In this document: piece by piece, positions 37,680-37,843 of the stretch
Layout: every line of letters begins with the position of its first letter
Position numbering within the stretch: the first letter of the stretch is position 1
NCBI GenBank assembly: GCA_029858565.1
Contig: JAOUEV010000034.1
Coordinates: forward strand, 1-37,843
Origin: Nitrospirota bacterium
GTDB taxonomy: Bacteria; Nitrospirota; UBA9217
Direction: 5' to 3'
DNA length: 37,843 bases
Notes under the pieces: model-generated
Database searches by the model: none
What the model was told of the DNA's origin: nothing
Seen by the model: the letters and a program-made list of their open reading frames with translations, nothing else
Translations under genes and position numbers: made by a program

Positions 37680-37843
37680 ATGAAGCAGATCGTTTTGCCG
37701 GTAATTCTAGCGTTGTTTTTTTCCGCATATACCGCAGCAGCAGAGCACCTCCCTGGATGTCCCTCTTCAAGCCATGCACCCGAACAGTGCGCCTCCTTGA
37801 TAGAAAAAGATATTCTCAGTAAGCACAAGGATCTCTTCGATCG
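37680..37843 (+). CDS. Secreted hypothetical protein, 5' part (putative gene cassette; runs off window)
   Basis: Not in the ORF track. GAGGA RBS, then MKQIVLPVILALFFSAYTAAA|EHLPGCPSSSHAPEQCASLIEKDILSKHKDLFD..., a Sec signal peptide, open to the window end. ATG is 14 nt after the attC-like R' box. Confidence 0.7.
   Translation, partial: MKQIVLPVILALFFSAYTAAAEHLPGCPSSSHAPEQCASLIEKDILSKHKDLFD

Noticed and set aside
37508-37828. 106-aa minus-strand ORF
   Set aside because: It spans the terminator, the attC-like site and the antisense of a better-supported plus-strand signal-peptide ORF that has an RBS.

Overview
Moderately GC-rich bacterial chromosomal segment. Gene content and order suggest Nitrospirota or Desulfobacterota, which is an inference only. 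The core (about 5.7-27.3 kb) is one long minus-strand housekeeping run: lptC-lptA-lptB-rpoN-hpf-ptsN-hprK-rapZ, mannose-class PTS EIIA/B/C/D, ptsH-ptsI, a CobD/HisC-like aminotransferase, a small Zn-ribbon gene, alr, mlaE, mlaF (frameshifted), mlaD, galU, lon, thiL and a DUF2062 gene. It continues into a membrane protein, a methyltransferase and a B12-radical SAM gene. The left end has two adjacent IS elements: the start of an IS1182 and a complete DDE/rve IS. The right part holds an ECF Co/Ni transporter, a GAF-PAS sensor with no output domain, a heme-c HD-GYP phosphodiesterase and an FGGY kinase. It ends in an accessory hotspot: GTAG-type REPs, a PIN toxin-antitoxin pair, a REP-truncated XRE gene, a REP-flanked RAYT transposase, and an attC-like site directly followed by a secreted-protein gene running off the window. 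The non-coding signals most worth following up are (i) the REP/RAYT/TA/attC cluster and (ii) 7-bp tandem-repeat arrays, partly inverted, in three intergenic gaps of the housekeeping operon. All family assignments come from motif recognition by eye, not from database searches.
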